From Bugula neritina (taxonomy: Eukaryota; Animalia; Bryozoa), in the NCBI GenBank assembly GCA_964035545.1, contig OZ037767.1, forward strand, positions 8,380,581 to 8,444,580: 64,000 bases of DNA. The letters run 5' to 3'. The notes below the pieces were generated by a model. That model did no database searches. It was not told the DNA's origin and worked only from the letters and a program-made list of their open reading frames with translations. Shown here one piece after another: positions 49,895 through 64,000 of this stretch; position 1 is the first letter of the stretch; each line of letters starts with the position of its first letter. The translations under genes were made by a program, and so were the position numbers.

Positions 49895-52880
49895 ATGATG
49901 AGTATATTTGGATGTTCTGGCTGTTTCAAAAGACTGTTTCTTGGTCAAAGCTATAACAATACACCTGTTAATCTCTCAAGTATTTCACCAGCTGTTCAGA
50001 TTGATGCCTCAAAAATAGGTAAGTCATAGCATAGTTGAACTCCTATATGCTGCTGTGAATTTGTGCAGCCATTTGCTACAATATAATTATGGTAAACTGT
50101 TATGCATCACTTATTTTACATGCATATCAAGTTATCTTTGTGATTAGAAATACATTTAGTCTGCAAGTAAAGTACTAAGTAATTCATGAGGTGAATCACA
50201 TAGTTGAAATTCCTAACCAGTGAGCCAAGGTACTTGGTAACAGTATTTGTGAGGCATTTCTATTACCAGTCTAATGGGTGTTCAGACTACAGTTGAAACT
50301 GAACTGTGAATGCATTTTCGAGGCTAATCGATTACCTCTGTCTTATTTCTGAACGCAGTCCAGTTTCCAAGATGCTTTCAGCATGTTAAAAGCAAAAATT
50401 TTGCAGCTCCCAAAACGCGTTGACAGTTTACTTCGAACTGTAGTCTGAACACCGCATTATGCAGTGTTTAGTCATTAAGTTTGGGTTTTGGCACTTATTT
50501 ATGAACAGTGGTGTTGTAGTTTTGTACAAATGTGTTGTCTATAGATCATCTTAGGCCAACAATTTAACACATATAAATTATATCAAATATCAATCATAGT
50601 TTGCTGTTGAAAAGTTTACTCTTCTACAAGAGAACTGAAAAATCATTATTGATTGCTGGTTTCCTTTGGCTGCCTCTTTTGAACCTTGACTCAGGTGCCA
50701 TAGAGCTTTACTTGATTATTTTTATTTTACAAAGAAAATATGTTTGTTTTTAAAAAGTGTTAACAAAACTTGAGTTGGTTGTTGCGGCATTGAATATTCC
50801 AAACACTGTTGTTTTAGTAACGCATCAATCTCGCCTTTCATAGTTCTCAAAATTTAAAAAGAATGTGTTTCAAAAGAAGCATCTGTTGACATTTCCTGTT
50901 TATATATTGAACTACTTTAGGTATTGACATAGTAGTAGTTAAACAAGGACAAAGAGTCTGTGGGAGTGGAGGGGCATTGGCCTGCGCCCCCATAGCTCAG
51001 GATAAAGCATATTTTGAAATTAAAGTACAATCATCAGGTAATTTTGTTTATTGTTTTAGTGTATTTTCAGATCACATCTGTTGTTACAAAACCTGGGGCT
51101 GTTTTATAGTTTAAATCATAACCTTTTCCTGGTTTTTCATTCATTGACAATGTTTTTACGAGGTTAAAAATACCTAGCTTACAACTGGTTACAATCTGAC
51201 AGGTAAATGGTGTGTTGGGTTGGCGACGTGTAACTACAACCCTCAGGGAGAGCTCGGTCAGTGTGGACAGAGTTGGGCTTTAAAAGACAATGGTTCAGTC
51301 ACTCATAATGGTGAAGAAAAGCATAAAACTAGTATTTCTCTTGATGAAGGGGATGTTATAGTAAGTTTATGTTATAGTAAGTAAGTGTTATAGTAAGTAT
51401 ATGTTATAGTAAGTATATGTTATAGTAAGTGTGTGTTATAGTCAGTATATGTTATAGTAAGTGTATGTTATAGTAAGTATATGTTATAGTAAGTATATGT
51501 TATAATAAGTGTGTGTTATAGTCAGTATTTGTTATAGTAAGTGTGTGTCATAGTAAGTATATGTTATAGTAAGTATATGTTATAGTAAGTATATGTTATA
51601 GTAAGTGTGTGTTATAGTAAGTGTGTGTTGTAGTAAGTATATGTTATAGTAAGTATATGATATAGTAAGTATATGTTATAGTAAGTATGTATAGTTTTTT
51701 TGTGATTTTGGTACATTTTAATAACTTTGCCCGTAATAGTTTACTATACATTTCATTAAACTTAGTTTAAGAAGTAGCACTGAGTAGTTTATTGCTATTC
51801 AAAGCATGCAAAGCTAATCCTACATTTATAGCATGTAGCTGAAGCTTTATGACCTTCAAGATGCAAAATTATGGTGGTTGAAAATACAACCACTAGCAAA
51901 CCTATTTGATATGCAATACCCAGCTTATTGTTGGAATTCCTTTAGAAAACCTTATTTAATATTATTGGTATGTACTATGTAAACACTAGTAGGGTTGACT
52001 TACTATCAATACTCTTGCATGTACTTTTACTGTTGTATAGTCTCTAAACCTTCAATGTTATAATTAGCTAGTTGTTGTAGGGTTGTACATACGATCATGT
52101 GGAGCTAGTCTTCTACAAAAATGGATCTCCATTAGGCGTTCAAATAGATGGCATAAAGGGAACAGTATATCCAGCTTTCTATGGTAAGTGTTTGCTTACT
52201 GATATGGTGTTAGTTTGGGTAAGAACTGGACTGTGACATTAAATGGCTGAAGTAATGAGGAAGTAAAGTTCTTGCCAACTCTCCTCTCCATTGCACCACA
52301 TTTCTATGTGATATCACTGTTATTGCAATGGTGCAATAGTTGCAGAGGTATTACTATGGTGTAACCTATGTTACTCATCTGCCACATGTGTGTTCATTCA
52401 TGTATTTGTGTGCCAAAAGTAAAATACTTTACAGAACAATGAGTGTTGTCAAGTTTAGTGTTTCAATTTGCCCTTTGTTTTTTACAGCTAATATGTAAAA
52501 TAGATACTCTATGCTTTGATGAATATGGAAATGATAGAGTGGCTGACATTTGATAATAAAATTCAATTAATTCATAAATTGTTAAATAAATGATTAGTTG
52601 TAGTTTTGATAAAAAGATCAATTGACTAGCTTGTTTTTTCGAGTTTTCAGCTCTTGCCAGTTTAGGATCAAGTGAAATTGTCAAATTTTAATAGGTATAA
52701 ACATTGTAAAATTGCATTTTAAGACTAGTAAAGTGTATAAGGTTTTAACTGCAGCTCATACATTGGCGATTCACTTTTTTAGTTGATGATGGTGCAATTC
52801 TTGATACAATCTTTACGGGGTTCTACCATGCCCCACCCTCTGGATTCCATGAACTGATGATAGAGCAAGACATTCTGTGA
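49895..52880 (+). CDS. SPRYD7: SPRY domain-containing protein 7
   Basis: Exons 49895-50018, 50921-51037, 51203-51360, 52081-52183, 52783-52880. Motifs VKQGQRVCGSGGALACAPIAQDKAYFEIKVQSSG, EGDVIGCTYDHVEL, GTVYPAFYVDDGAILD. Confidence 0.94.
50275..50456. mobile_element. MITE, possibly PIF/Harbinger-type
   Basis: TIRs GGTGTTCAGACTACAGTT / AACTGTAGTCTGAACACC extending imperfectly to ~45 bp; TAA and TTA flanks. Confidence 0.75.
51353..51692. repeat. 16-bp minisatellite at a SPRYD7 splice donor
   Basis: Roughly 21 units of ATGTTATAGTAAGTAT, starting in the last bases of exon 3. Confidence 0.95.
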
Positions 52881-55800
52881 TAGACCTTTATTCGTTGTAA
52901 CATGTACTTTAGCTGCAACATGCAGGTGCATTCCTGACCTTCAGTCAAAAGAATTAAAAATTCGAATTTTAACCAATAATGTTTTGTCTCTCATAGGGTA
53001 GGAAGTTCATTCCTCAGTTGTGTAGTTCAAATGTTGCTGATTACTGTGAAAGCCGAAAATTAGCAGCCATCTTTAATTGACTTGTTGGAACAGTAGAAAC
53101 TTAGTAAAGATTAGTTAACCTGTGACTATCAGAATCAATGATAACTTCAGCCTATTTAAAAAGTTTCCATTCTTTTACTCTGTTGCTCTGGAGAGATGAA
53201 TGCGCCTTGTAACAGCCTATCAGTTGGGTCCTATGAACAAACTATATTCTTCATTACTTAATAGACTGCATCTATATTTTCCTACCAAATTCATTCCAAA
53301 CTTAGTTTAATCCTGTTGTCTTCCTTTACTCAGCTGTTTCTATTTATTATAAGCATTTTCTGTTTTGTAAGATTTGTGCATGTCCAGTAGCCATGATAGT
53401 AATGCATATGCTAATATAATTTGTAAATTTTTTACAGTTCTTACAAAATTTCAATTGATTTTGTGTAAATTATATTTGTACTTCAATCCCTTGTAACATC
53501 ATTATTTATTCTTGATTATTTTGATGTTTCTACAAAATTAAAACGTATGTTTTATCAGTTTCAAATAAAATAACCAACTTTGAAAATTCATGTTAGTTTC
53601 TCTACAATATATTCTTTTCACGTCCGGTGTAATATATTCAAGCCACCATTTAGTTTCAATGAAGCATGATAGAATAATGTTCACACTGCTAGCTAATCAA
53701 TGAGGCATATAGACTCATAAAAAAATATCTAATAATAACCAGACTTTAACAATACTTCCACGTTTCCATAGTTCTTTGAAGGTACACCCACCCTATGCAA
53801 GCAGTAGCATTAGGTTTCTTGTCTACTAGGCCATGTTTTAACCTACAAAGCTGTTCTAGGGTCAAAGGGTTGTCTCTATATTCTACATAGCAAATAATAA
53901 CATGGCTTCACTTGTCATTACCAATGCCCAAGCTATAATAAGCAAGTCTGCAGGACAGGCTATGAGTGCTAATTCCTTCTCCCATCCCTGTTTATATACT
54001 GCCTTGATAAATATAGTCATTTTGTTACCTTGCCAAGTCCATTCTAAATATCAACTCTGGCTACTTTACATCTGACAAAAAATACAACCAGTAGCCTCGA
54101 GATCAGTGGCTTCTGGTGCACACAACTGTGACATTACCTCCAGCATAGATCACATAAATTACACATTAATATTTGTATACAAGTATGTTATAGGCTATAT
54201 GTAAGAACTTAAAGTTAAATACATATTTGTTTTTTTTTTTCAAGGAAAAATCTTTGCGTTGACAAATAGTTGAACACATAAGCTAAATACTTAATGCTAA
54301 TATTTTGGTTGCAGTTCATGAAAACAAAGCAATAAAATGATAAACATTATGGTGATAACCATTTAAAACAATTTTGCCAAGTTCTTCAAATGCTTGTAAT
54401 GGTTTATTATAAAGCTATCTTATTGATTTTCACCTGTCTATAATAAATATATTTTTATTGTCTAATTATTCTACTTGACCTTCAATCATCCTTCAAATCA
54501 TGGTCAAACTGTTATTGTCACCTCCTGAATAAATCTCCTAAAAATAATATTCATTCTCAACTTATTAAAATACCTGATAAATTAGAATGTGAATCAGTGG
54601 ACCTATGCACTTACCCGTAAAATTATTTATTTGATTTCAAAACAACAGTTTCACATTGCCAAAAACTGCCATATTATTTTATGGTTGAAAATGAAAAGTT
54701 CATTAGGATTTATTCTATAATAATATCATTATGCTAAAAATAGCATATTGTTGCATTGTGATGTCAGCGTAGTTTTCCTCTCTATCTTTTGTGGATTTAC
54801 CTTGGTTTAGTAACTTTCGACAACGTTTAGTGCTTTTTATCGGGTTGTAGAAACGTTCCTCATTTCGTTTCTCATTGTACTGGCTATGAATAATCTCAAC
54901 ATATATTATTACATTTATTATCATCATTCCCATTATGATAATGCGGCGTTAAATTTTATACAGAATAATCATAATAAAATATATTTGTGAATATTTACAT
55001 TAGTATACAAAGACTTAAAGTACTAATACTAAAAACTGAAATTTAAATTATGTTTTTTTTATTTATACTAATACTTAAAGTTGATCTTATAGTTATAGAA
55101 TTAGATATGCTTGTACTAAGCTACTAACTTCTAAGTTTTAAGTCGTATACTTATACTAAACTCAAACTGTAAAAGTAAAAGTAAATCTAATACTAATAGT
55201 AATACTAATAATAATACTAATACTAATAATAATCAGTATCAATCTCAGTATGGGTATCAAATGAAGTAATTCAAAATTTAAGTCACTAAGAGTAAGTCTA
55301 ATTCAAAGTGGTGTACTATAGTCTATACTAATACTAATAGTAATACTAATACTAGTAATAGTAATACTATACCGATACACTTACACTATGATTGGCTATC
55401 ACTATCACAATGACTACACTAATACTAATAGTAATACTTATACTCAAATAATAAAATTAAACCGTAAATCAATAAATGACAAATGGAATACTTGTAGACC
55501 AATAACCAATACTTGTCTACAGTAACAATGCTAATAGTAATAGTAATACTAATAGTAATGGTAGTAGTGGTGGTGGTAGTAGTAGCAGTAGTACTAGTAA
55601 TACTATTACTAGTAATTCAAGTTGAGAGATTCGAATTAGCATTGGAGTTTGTTCATTTTAGCTTTTGTATTACCAATGAGTAATTGATATTAACTTTTGT
55701 ACTCATTGTTTATTATAGTTTTTAGTATTTGTAGACGTAATACTAGTTGTGATCAACACATTTATTATGATGATGCTGATAGACTCGCAGTCGCACAGTC

Positions 55801-56708
55801 ATTCAGTTGCTCATGTTATCTCTACAGTTAGATTATGAACCATGTTTAGTTATAATATTAATAAATTAAAAGGGTTAATTTTTATTATATATTCTTGTTA
55901 GCTGCTACAATAGATATAAATGATAAATTATGAAAGTTGTTGGTTTAAAAGTTTGAAATGCTGATAGTCCATAAACAAAACAAATTAAGCTACTCTGCCA
56001 CAAATATATTGATAGGAAGTTTCAGTGAATTATAATATTAAATTTAATCTTAAATATTAGCTAAATTGAAGCACACAGACACACACACACCTTCGATAAG
56101 TAAATTTTTCGCGTACAAGAGATGCCAACACAGATAGTCCATCTGTGACATGATTATCTGGTTTCTGTAAACAAAATATTATGATAGAAAGAGCTGCTGT
56201 ATCCATTCTCTGCAACACTTTGGTGATTGCATAAATTTTACCAAAAAAGTATAAAAAGTCAAATGGTTTTTGAGAAATAATATTTTGTTGTAGGTAAACC
56301 TTGAGTTATCTAATAAATAATCATGTATATTTGTATTTATGAAACTTATGTTAGAAGCACCCTACTAACTACAAATGCAATCTTGTGCCATATTGTTGCA
56401 ACTGTAAAGTTTTTAGTCTGTGTTTTGACTGCTCTTGGCATAAATAAATATGCTATATTTTTGTTTGGTATTAGCAAACAATTTTTGTATTAAAAACTTG
56501 GAAGTTTATTTTCCTATATGTTCACTTTTACTGTTGGTATCGAAAGGGAGTAATATCATTTAATAGCATCATAAGTTTTCAGCCTTAATAAATCAGACAA
56601 ATTTTAGCAGCAGATATCAACTAGTAGCTAATTTTAGAAATATACTTTTTGTTGCTGGTGCAGAATTTATTTTGTGATTACATTGCGTAATAATAATATT
56701 CGCTAGCC

Positions 56709-58801
56709 ATGGTCAAGAGTAGATGGAAGGTCATCATGCCCAAAATGGGAAACATAAATGTTATACTGTTTCATATACGCAAGCACATAGACGCATGTCT
56801 AAATGTTGTTATAACCAGTAAGTATCAATTTATTCTCTTTGTGTTAAAATTATTTGGTTGTTGATACTAGCTTATGTAAAATATTATTGTATCAGACTTA
56901 AGAGCTTAGGTTGAAGTTGTTGTGGGCAGATAACTTCAAAGTTGCTTATTACTCATGATTCATTGCTTGCAACTTTTGTGCATGTCCTCATTCAAACAAC
57001 ACATATTTGAGCTGAATTTGTATAATGGTCATCACTAGACTTTTTAATATCAACATATCGACATGCTTTTCATTTTTCTACCAGTATATTAATTTCTCTT
57101 CAACTTTCTCACACAATTTTTGTTTTTTTTTGCTTAATTTCAGTGCTGCCAGTAATGGTTTCAGCATGGTATTAATTCTCAGTACATTTTAGGAGATGAA
57201 TTAGTGGCATTAGAAGCTATTCAGCACCAACTTCACATGTTGAAAGTTGACAACGTATTTCTCAAAGTGCAGACATTTAGACCAAACCGGTACCAGACAT
57301 ACTTTGCTGCTACCTTACCACACACCCTTCAACTGGACAGGTATGTAAAGATGTTGTGTCAATCTATAGCATGTTGTCTTTTGTGCATTGTGAGTAGAGA
57401 TCTCCTCTCAATAAGCAGATGTCAATATAAAATTGTGTTTTCACTTTTCTCACCTGGATAATCCGTTTTATTCAGTGATATTCGTATTTGATACAGTACG
57501 TGTGTGATTTCTAATAGTGCTGCTTCAACGTATTTAAGTTACTTGTAGTTACTGCTTAGTGTTATCAACTTAAGTGAGATACAGTAAGATACACAACTCT
57601 GTATACTTTGCTTCTTCTAGGCCAGTTCGTGGGGGTTGTTTAGGAATATATGAATACAAAGCAAAGAATATTCGGTCTCCTCGCCAGAATGCTCAGGACC
57701 TGATCTGTAAGCAGGTGTTGGTGAACTTTCTGGGAGAGGAGAAGTATGCTCAGGTCAGAGTTCACAGTCAGCTGACTCATGCTGATTTTGAAACTTCTGT
57801 TTTCTCCTCAACAAATATATAAAAGCGTAATTTGAAGTTGTGTGATCTTGTTCCTCATTTATTATTCAAATTGCTAAGGAATTACTGCTGTCAAACTTTA
57901 AGGCAACTTGTATTATTCTACTCAACTGATTGCTATGATATATGGGAGAAGAAATACACCATGTTGGCTTTATATAGTGTTTTTTCTATTAGATAGTCTT
58001 AAGGTTTTGTCATATGCATATCGTTTATTTCATTTTGAGTCACAATACCTCAATTTTTTTTGCCAGGAATCAAAGAAATATGACTCCAACTCTTCTTTAC
58101 TGTTTGGATATTCTTTTAAGAATGACTATGCGAGGCCATTTATATTAACACATACTACGAAGGAAGAATTTCCTAAGAAATGCACTGGGATAGGTGAGTG
58201 AGAAATTATAATACTTGGTGCTTTATTGTGGACAAGAAATTAGGTTGAAACTAAATACTAATTTCATTCTGTTTTGGCAAAATACTTGTGATTGCCAACT
58301 ACTAACTCACCTGTATTGTTGTGCCAATAGTAGAATGTAATTGGCTGCTGTCACATAACTTTGAAGCAAACATTGGGAGTTATCTGTGCAATATACAGTA
58401 TGAGGGCATAAATTACCAAATCTTGTCTTTTTGGTGTTGAAAATCAAGATTTGTGGTTATATGTATTATACCATTATATTTTTATGGATAACGTGGAGGT
58501 TTTTTACTGTAAGTCTGTTTTCCAATTTTTTTCTAACCATCATGCATTTAATTTTGCTTTTTTACACACATATTATTGTAATACCTTAGTTGCTAATAAG
58601 TAGTGGCTAATAAATAGTTATTAATTTGTAGTTACAAGTCCGCTGATACCTGAACCTGGAGTAGTGAAGTTGAATGGAACAGAATGTGACACATATGGTA
58701 GTTCAGTACTTTCCACGATGTCGTTGCTCGACAAGATTGTTACACAATTGAATATACAACAATTTGTCCACAATGAGACACCATCATTGACTGCAACGTA
58801 G
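56709..58801 (+). CDS. Uncharacterised 5-exon protein, about 220 aa
   Basis: Phase-consistent GT-AG exons 56709-56817, 57193-57340, 57621-57753, 58067-58193, 58632-58801; gccATGG start context; no family recognised. Confidence 0.65.
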
Positions 58802-59536
58802 CACTAAGCTGTTCTTTATTTCAAAAGTCAATTGTATATTTTTCAGTAATTTTGTCACTTATATATGGTGTTCTAGGTGATGGTTCCTATCATGATTGTA
58901 AATTGATTCATAATTAAGGGGGGGGGGTATGTACATAGCTAGGAAAGGGGATGTTTTATTGAGATTTTTACATTGTGTATATAGTCATGCTATATTTTAT
59001 GCATAAACCTTTTGTAAATGTTTGTGGAAACTGTAAATATTTTGATACTAAGTGCAATAAATTAATTATCTAAATATTTATCAAAAATCCTTATATCAAA
59101 AAATGCTTAATACTTGTGTTTTGATGGTGACATGGTAACACAAAGCAATTGTTATAGTAACATTTTTGAACTGACTTGATATCAAAAGTCAAATTAAGCC
59201 ACAGCTTGTAATATTGAAAATAAAAATATTACTTTGAGGTAAGAGAAGGCTTAACATAAATCGTAATTATTACTGTTTGGATATATATGTTACATATTAT
59301 ATTGCTATATGGTTAAAGTGGGAAATTATCAGCTGAATGCATGCACAATGCATGTCTTGAAAAATTACAAATTATTAATCATTGGTTTATTGTTAGGCAT
59401 ATAACTGAGTGTGAAAAATGCATAAGACAAGTACTTAGTACACAGTTGAATATCTATAGACATAAATAGTAATTGAAAAGGAATGTACATTATTCAGGAG
59501 AAGACAACTTAATAAATACAAATTGTAGTACGATAA

Positions 59537-62500
59537 TTATGATTGAAGAGTAGTTGGAGAAGGGGATTCCCTAGCAGGAAGTGACTGTTCCACGTCTGCA
59601 ACAAGTTTACTGTATGATGGAATAGACTCTAATTCCATGCCCAGCTCTCTCACCTAAAACAGTGCATATCAGAATATAACACAAGTTTGTGTCACAGTGA
59701 TAATTTACAAGAGAGTCCAACAAGATTAGCATTACATTGCATGCATTAAATACATAGTATATTTGATGTCTAGGAAGCAAGTGTGGTTAGAGCACTAGTT
59801 TAGTAAAGATGAAGCCAGCATTTCGATACCAGTAAAGGCCATTGGTGACTTTCAGAAGCACTTTCAGTCATAAATGCCCCCTTGCCACAATAGCAAACAA
59901 GTCCTTAGCCAGCTTAAAATGACTTCCATCAGTAGTTCTTACAGGGATGGCGACTATAAACCAACATGAATTTTATGTTAAATGTAAGTTATGGAGAATG
60001 CAACCCACTTGCTGTGAAAAGTGCTGAACGTCCAGTTTTATTTGAGTCCGAATCTTGTCATCGTCAGACATGTTGCCCACCAAGCTGGCTGATGTCTTCC
60101 CTCTTTTTAACCGCTTCAAACTATCCTCCATCTTTTTAACTGACAGCAACACCTCACATGTAGTTTCTTCATACCTTTTGATAAAAAAGTCAACCACTTA
60201 GAAGAAATTTGAAATTGATGCGCATGCTTCCCATGTTGAACAACAACTCAAACTATTCAGTTCTTAGGATGAATACGCTAAACCAATTTAGCTCACAACT
60301 TACTGCTCTATCACAGAAGTTATCACTGAGGTCAATATTTGTGTTCGAACAACATCTGGCAGAGAAGAGTCATGTTGTTCCTTGAAAGTCCCCAACATCT
60401 GTATTGCTTGATTAGTGTACCCAGAAGATTTTGTGGGCACCTGTTGGAAAGTGTCATCAATATATTAGATGATACTAAAATGACAAACTTAAATTGACAT
60501 AAAAGGCTAAACAATCGTTTGTCTGTGATAACTGCTTTGGATCATAAAATTGTGGTGAGTCCTCAAAGCAATGAATACTATTTTACTAAATCTTGCAAGT
60601 ACACTAGATTTTTGTCTACTTTTAAAACCTAAAGTTAGTTTCTACAATGCTTATACTTCACCTCTTTATTTGTTCGCCTGTAGAGTCTAGGAATATCAGA
60701 GACGTGCTTCATTAGTGCCGAAACACGTCCAACAATCTCTTCAGCAACCAGTCCTTGCAGACTAACTAATTGATCTCTAATCAGAGAGAAGCTTTCCTCA
60801 AGTACTGAGCTGAGTTGAGCATTGTGTGAATCATTTACTTGTATGGAAGGCTGAATGGTAGTCTGTAGAATACTGGTGATCTAGAGAAAGGGAATCGAAT
60901 CGAATCATGTGTAACATATAAACAGGATGTAAGAGCTCATTGTACATCACCAACACTATGTTGTATATAACAAGGCGTAACAACTGCAACTGTAGACAAA
61001 ATAAAACAAAACCATCTGAAACCAAAACCTGCTGCAAATTTATCTGATCTGATGGCAGACATCTTGAGTAAAGGTAATCAATTTATAAATTATTACTTTT
61101 AGATCAAGCAGAAACATTAATATTAAAATGTTTTAATTTTAGCAAATAAACTATGCATTTAAAGCAATTGATTGTTCATGAAACACAAGATGGTTTTGAA
61201 TGAGGGCAATTTTTAAATTATTGTTTAACAAGCAAGCAAATACATTGAGACTAAAATGAATTGACCACAAGCAGTCGGGGGGGGGGGAATGTTACACTAC
61301 TCAAAGTCTATGAAACAAGAGATGCTGACGTCCGGTAATGATGAGGTGAACTCACACTAGTAATGAGTTGGTAGCCGTCCCCTACGACCTGCACCAGCTC
61401 ATCTGAGTTGGGTTTCCTAAACTCTGTGACACTTGAAGGAGACTCGGAGCGGGACTGAGGGCTAGCTCTCCCGTCTGTTGACTTCAACATATCAACTCTA
61501 GAACTCGGTCTAGGCAAGGCTGGCTTGTCAACTACACATTCTATCTCCACCTGCAGTACATAGTAGCAGGGCTATACCCAACATGTCCACAGTGTATATT
61601 ACATATTACAGAATAAGCATTATAGTAAACTGGCATCATGAAAGGATACTCACCTCTCCATTGCATAGAGCTGATAGCCATGTCCTGTATCTGGCTAATA
61701 TCTGTAGAGTCAGTTTCCAGAACCTGTGGGCTAGGCTGGGTAAGAACACGCCCTTCCTCCAGCACTTCTCTATACAAGATTGCACAGTGTGTGATAGACT
61801 GAGGCTATAGACTGAGTTCTCAGTGTTTGCTGCCCAAGGGGTGAGGAAGCATTTCTCCATTGTACCCGCAATGTCCTGAAGTCTAGAAAACATATTTACT
61901 CTTGCTACAATACACTGGCTTTTAGAAAGGGACATATGCCTATATCTTCTAAACACCTATATTATACATACAAACTCATCTTTATACATCATTTTATTTA
62001 TTATAATAATATTAAATTACGTAATTATTTATATATTTCCAATTCTGCATTAACATTAAAAACAATATGTGATTAAATAAACATAAGTTTCACAGGAAAC
62101 TGATCAGAGAAAAGTTAAAAAGAATTAGAGCTTTTCCTTACAATATTTCCTAAACTTAGCCGATACTTGATACATAGTCACATGGTTTCACCATCAGTTA
62201 GAAGAAGTAGTAGATGTACCTGATCTGAAAATAGACTGGGAGACTCCACTTGTTGATAAATTTACCATAGGATGGGTGGGCCCGTAACCTCTTCACACTT
62301 TGTATGGTTGCACATTGTAATTCAAATGATGAGAGGAACTCCATGCCATCTGTATATTCCTGGAGAGAACAAACAGAGCATAAGACAAACACCGGCCTTA
62401 TTATAGTGCACTGACTAGAGAAATCCTCCAACTTGCCAGCCTATCTACACCATAAAGATCTGAGTTTAACTTCGCAGCACACTCGACATATCTTCACAGG

Positions 62501-63772
62501 TTAGTGTAGTCATATTTTACCTGCAGACTAGAGAGATAATAGTCTGGGTCAATTCAGACAAATAAGTAAGTTATAATCTCGTGGTGTGAAGTAGGTGTGT
62601 GGTGAGTAACAACTATAGACAGTACACAGTTAGAGAGACTCATTACAAATATCTAGTAAAGATTACATCAGGTAGATATGTATATAATCCGAATGTATTA
62701 CGTGTTACACTCAGTACTAACTTTATAGAAGTTTTCAGGATTCCCGGCTGCAAATATTGACATGGCTTTCGTCTCCAGGAGATCCACAACCTCCGGCCAC
62801 ACAGCATTGACCATGAAGTCGTAACCTTTGACAGGCTCTTGGCCACTACAAAACCACAGGCACTGAAAATGTATTTTACAATAAAGATCAGACTGTTCAG
62901 AAAAACGCTTCAAGCTGCTACAAGTTAGATGGGTGTACAAAGGAGTAATAACACAGTCAGCCATATTTGTACTAGATTAATCATGGAGCAAATTACATTA
63001 CCTTTTAGGCTTGATGACTGCTAACAGTGGGTCACACTTGAGTTTCTGAAACTCCAATATTTTAGAGTACATGGCAAAGGAGCCACCTTTCTGTCTAATG
63101 TATGACTCACTGATATATTCTTCCATGTAGGGTTTGACTTCAACACGTCTGAATAATGACTCTGCATCAGCAATCTACAGAATAGATTACTTTATATTAT
63201 ACTATATATTACATCATACATTAGGTATTACATCATGCATGATAATTATATTGAATAATATGTAATTATTAAAGACGATTATATACTATTTTATTGTTTA
63301 ATAAATATTAAATAAACCTTAAACAATCTTTTATTTACTTGCATAGAATCTGAACAAGAAGGTTGGTAATATAGATATAGAACGATACAATCACGACAGT
63401 CAAAGTGGTGGATCCAGAAAAAAACAACATTCCTGAACAGTAACCTAGTTACCAAACAACAAACTCGGTGTAGCAGTAGGATTATTCCTAATAATGTATA
63501 TTTAGCCCTTTGAAAAACTTATTTAAAAAGACAATCTGTTAATAAACAAGTATGTGTAATATAAGTAATGAAGCTGCAAGACGTATAGCAAAGCTGTAAT
63601 CTACAATATAATAAAGATGTAATACATGTAGTATCATCACAATACCAACCTTGTCAATAGTAACGTAGGTTCTCAGACACCTCGTCAACATTTCATCATT
63701 AGAAGTTGTCAGCCCTTCAGTAAACATACCTTCTAGATTCTGTTGCAGTACTTGAGTGATTCTATTTATTCT
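59537..63772 (-). CDS. COG2: Conserved oligomeric Golgi complex subunit 2 (3' part)
   Basis: Exonic motifs CLRTYVTIDK, GYDFMVNAVWPEV, IFAAGNPENFY, KWSLPVYFQIR, VFLPSLAHRFWKLTLQILARY, SVKKMEDSLKRLK, MSDDDKIRTQ; TAA at 59537-59539. Confidence 0.95.
59773..59962 (+). mobile_element. tRNA-derived SINE, copy 2
   Basis: Colinear similarity to 35626-35820; TGGTTAGAGC box A-like motif. Confidence 0.65.
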
Positions 63773-64000
63773 CTACAAACACACAATATATAGCTATACA
63801 CAGTCCTGCGTATAAACTGATTGAATAATTCTTATTAGCAATGAGCCTTTATTTAAAACTTGTGCAAAGTTTCAGGTGAAAAGTCAGAAATCAAACTTTG
63901 AACACAATTTGTGAGCTCCCTAAAAAGAAACATCAAAATTGTTTTAAGAACTTGGTAAATAAACATATACATGATAAGGTAAGATAAAATAAACAAAATA

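Noticed and set aside
51345-51365. GAAGGGGATGTTATAG as a PPT plus LTR start
   Set aside because: It is SPRYD7 exon 3 (EGDVI) and its donor; no LTR body follows.

Overview
AT-rich, intron-containing animal (probably invertebrate) genomic window. Host genes: two tandem paralogous minus-strand genes encoding type II membrane proteins (TM - Thr-rich mucin stalk - SEA-like domain - 6 EGF repeats), BRCC3 (-), SPRYD7 (+), an unrecognised 5-exon gene (+) and the 3' part of COG2 (-). Mobile DNA: the 3' end of a Ty3/Gypsy element at the left edge; a decayed, protease-deleted Gypsy element (1984-9285); a related intact Gypsy element with apparently identical LTRs (40021-46956); two solo LTRs; a 5'-truncated Penelope-like element in (TA)n with a minimal hammerhead ribozyme; RTE and CR1/L2 LINE fragments; two tRNA-SINE copies and a MITE. 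Top observations: (1) the decayed Gypsy element carries a non-env 3' extension with an acidic region, two C2H2 zinc fingers and a leucine zipper, like a transcription factor or integrase-targeting module; (2) a -1 frameshift signal with a co-varying stem in both Gypsy elements; (3) minisatellites built from tandem copies of the 5' splice site in two neighbouring genes; (4) single-exon gene conversion between the SEA-EGF paralogues. All alignments and counts were done by eye.
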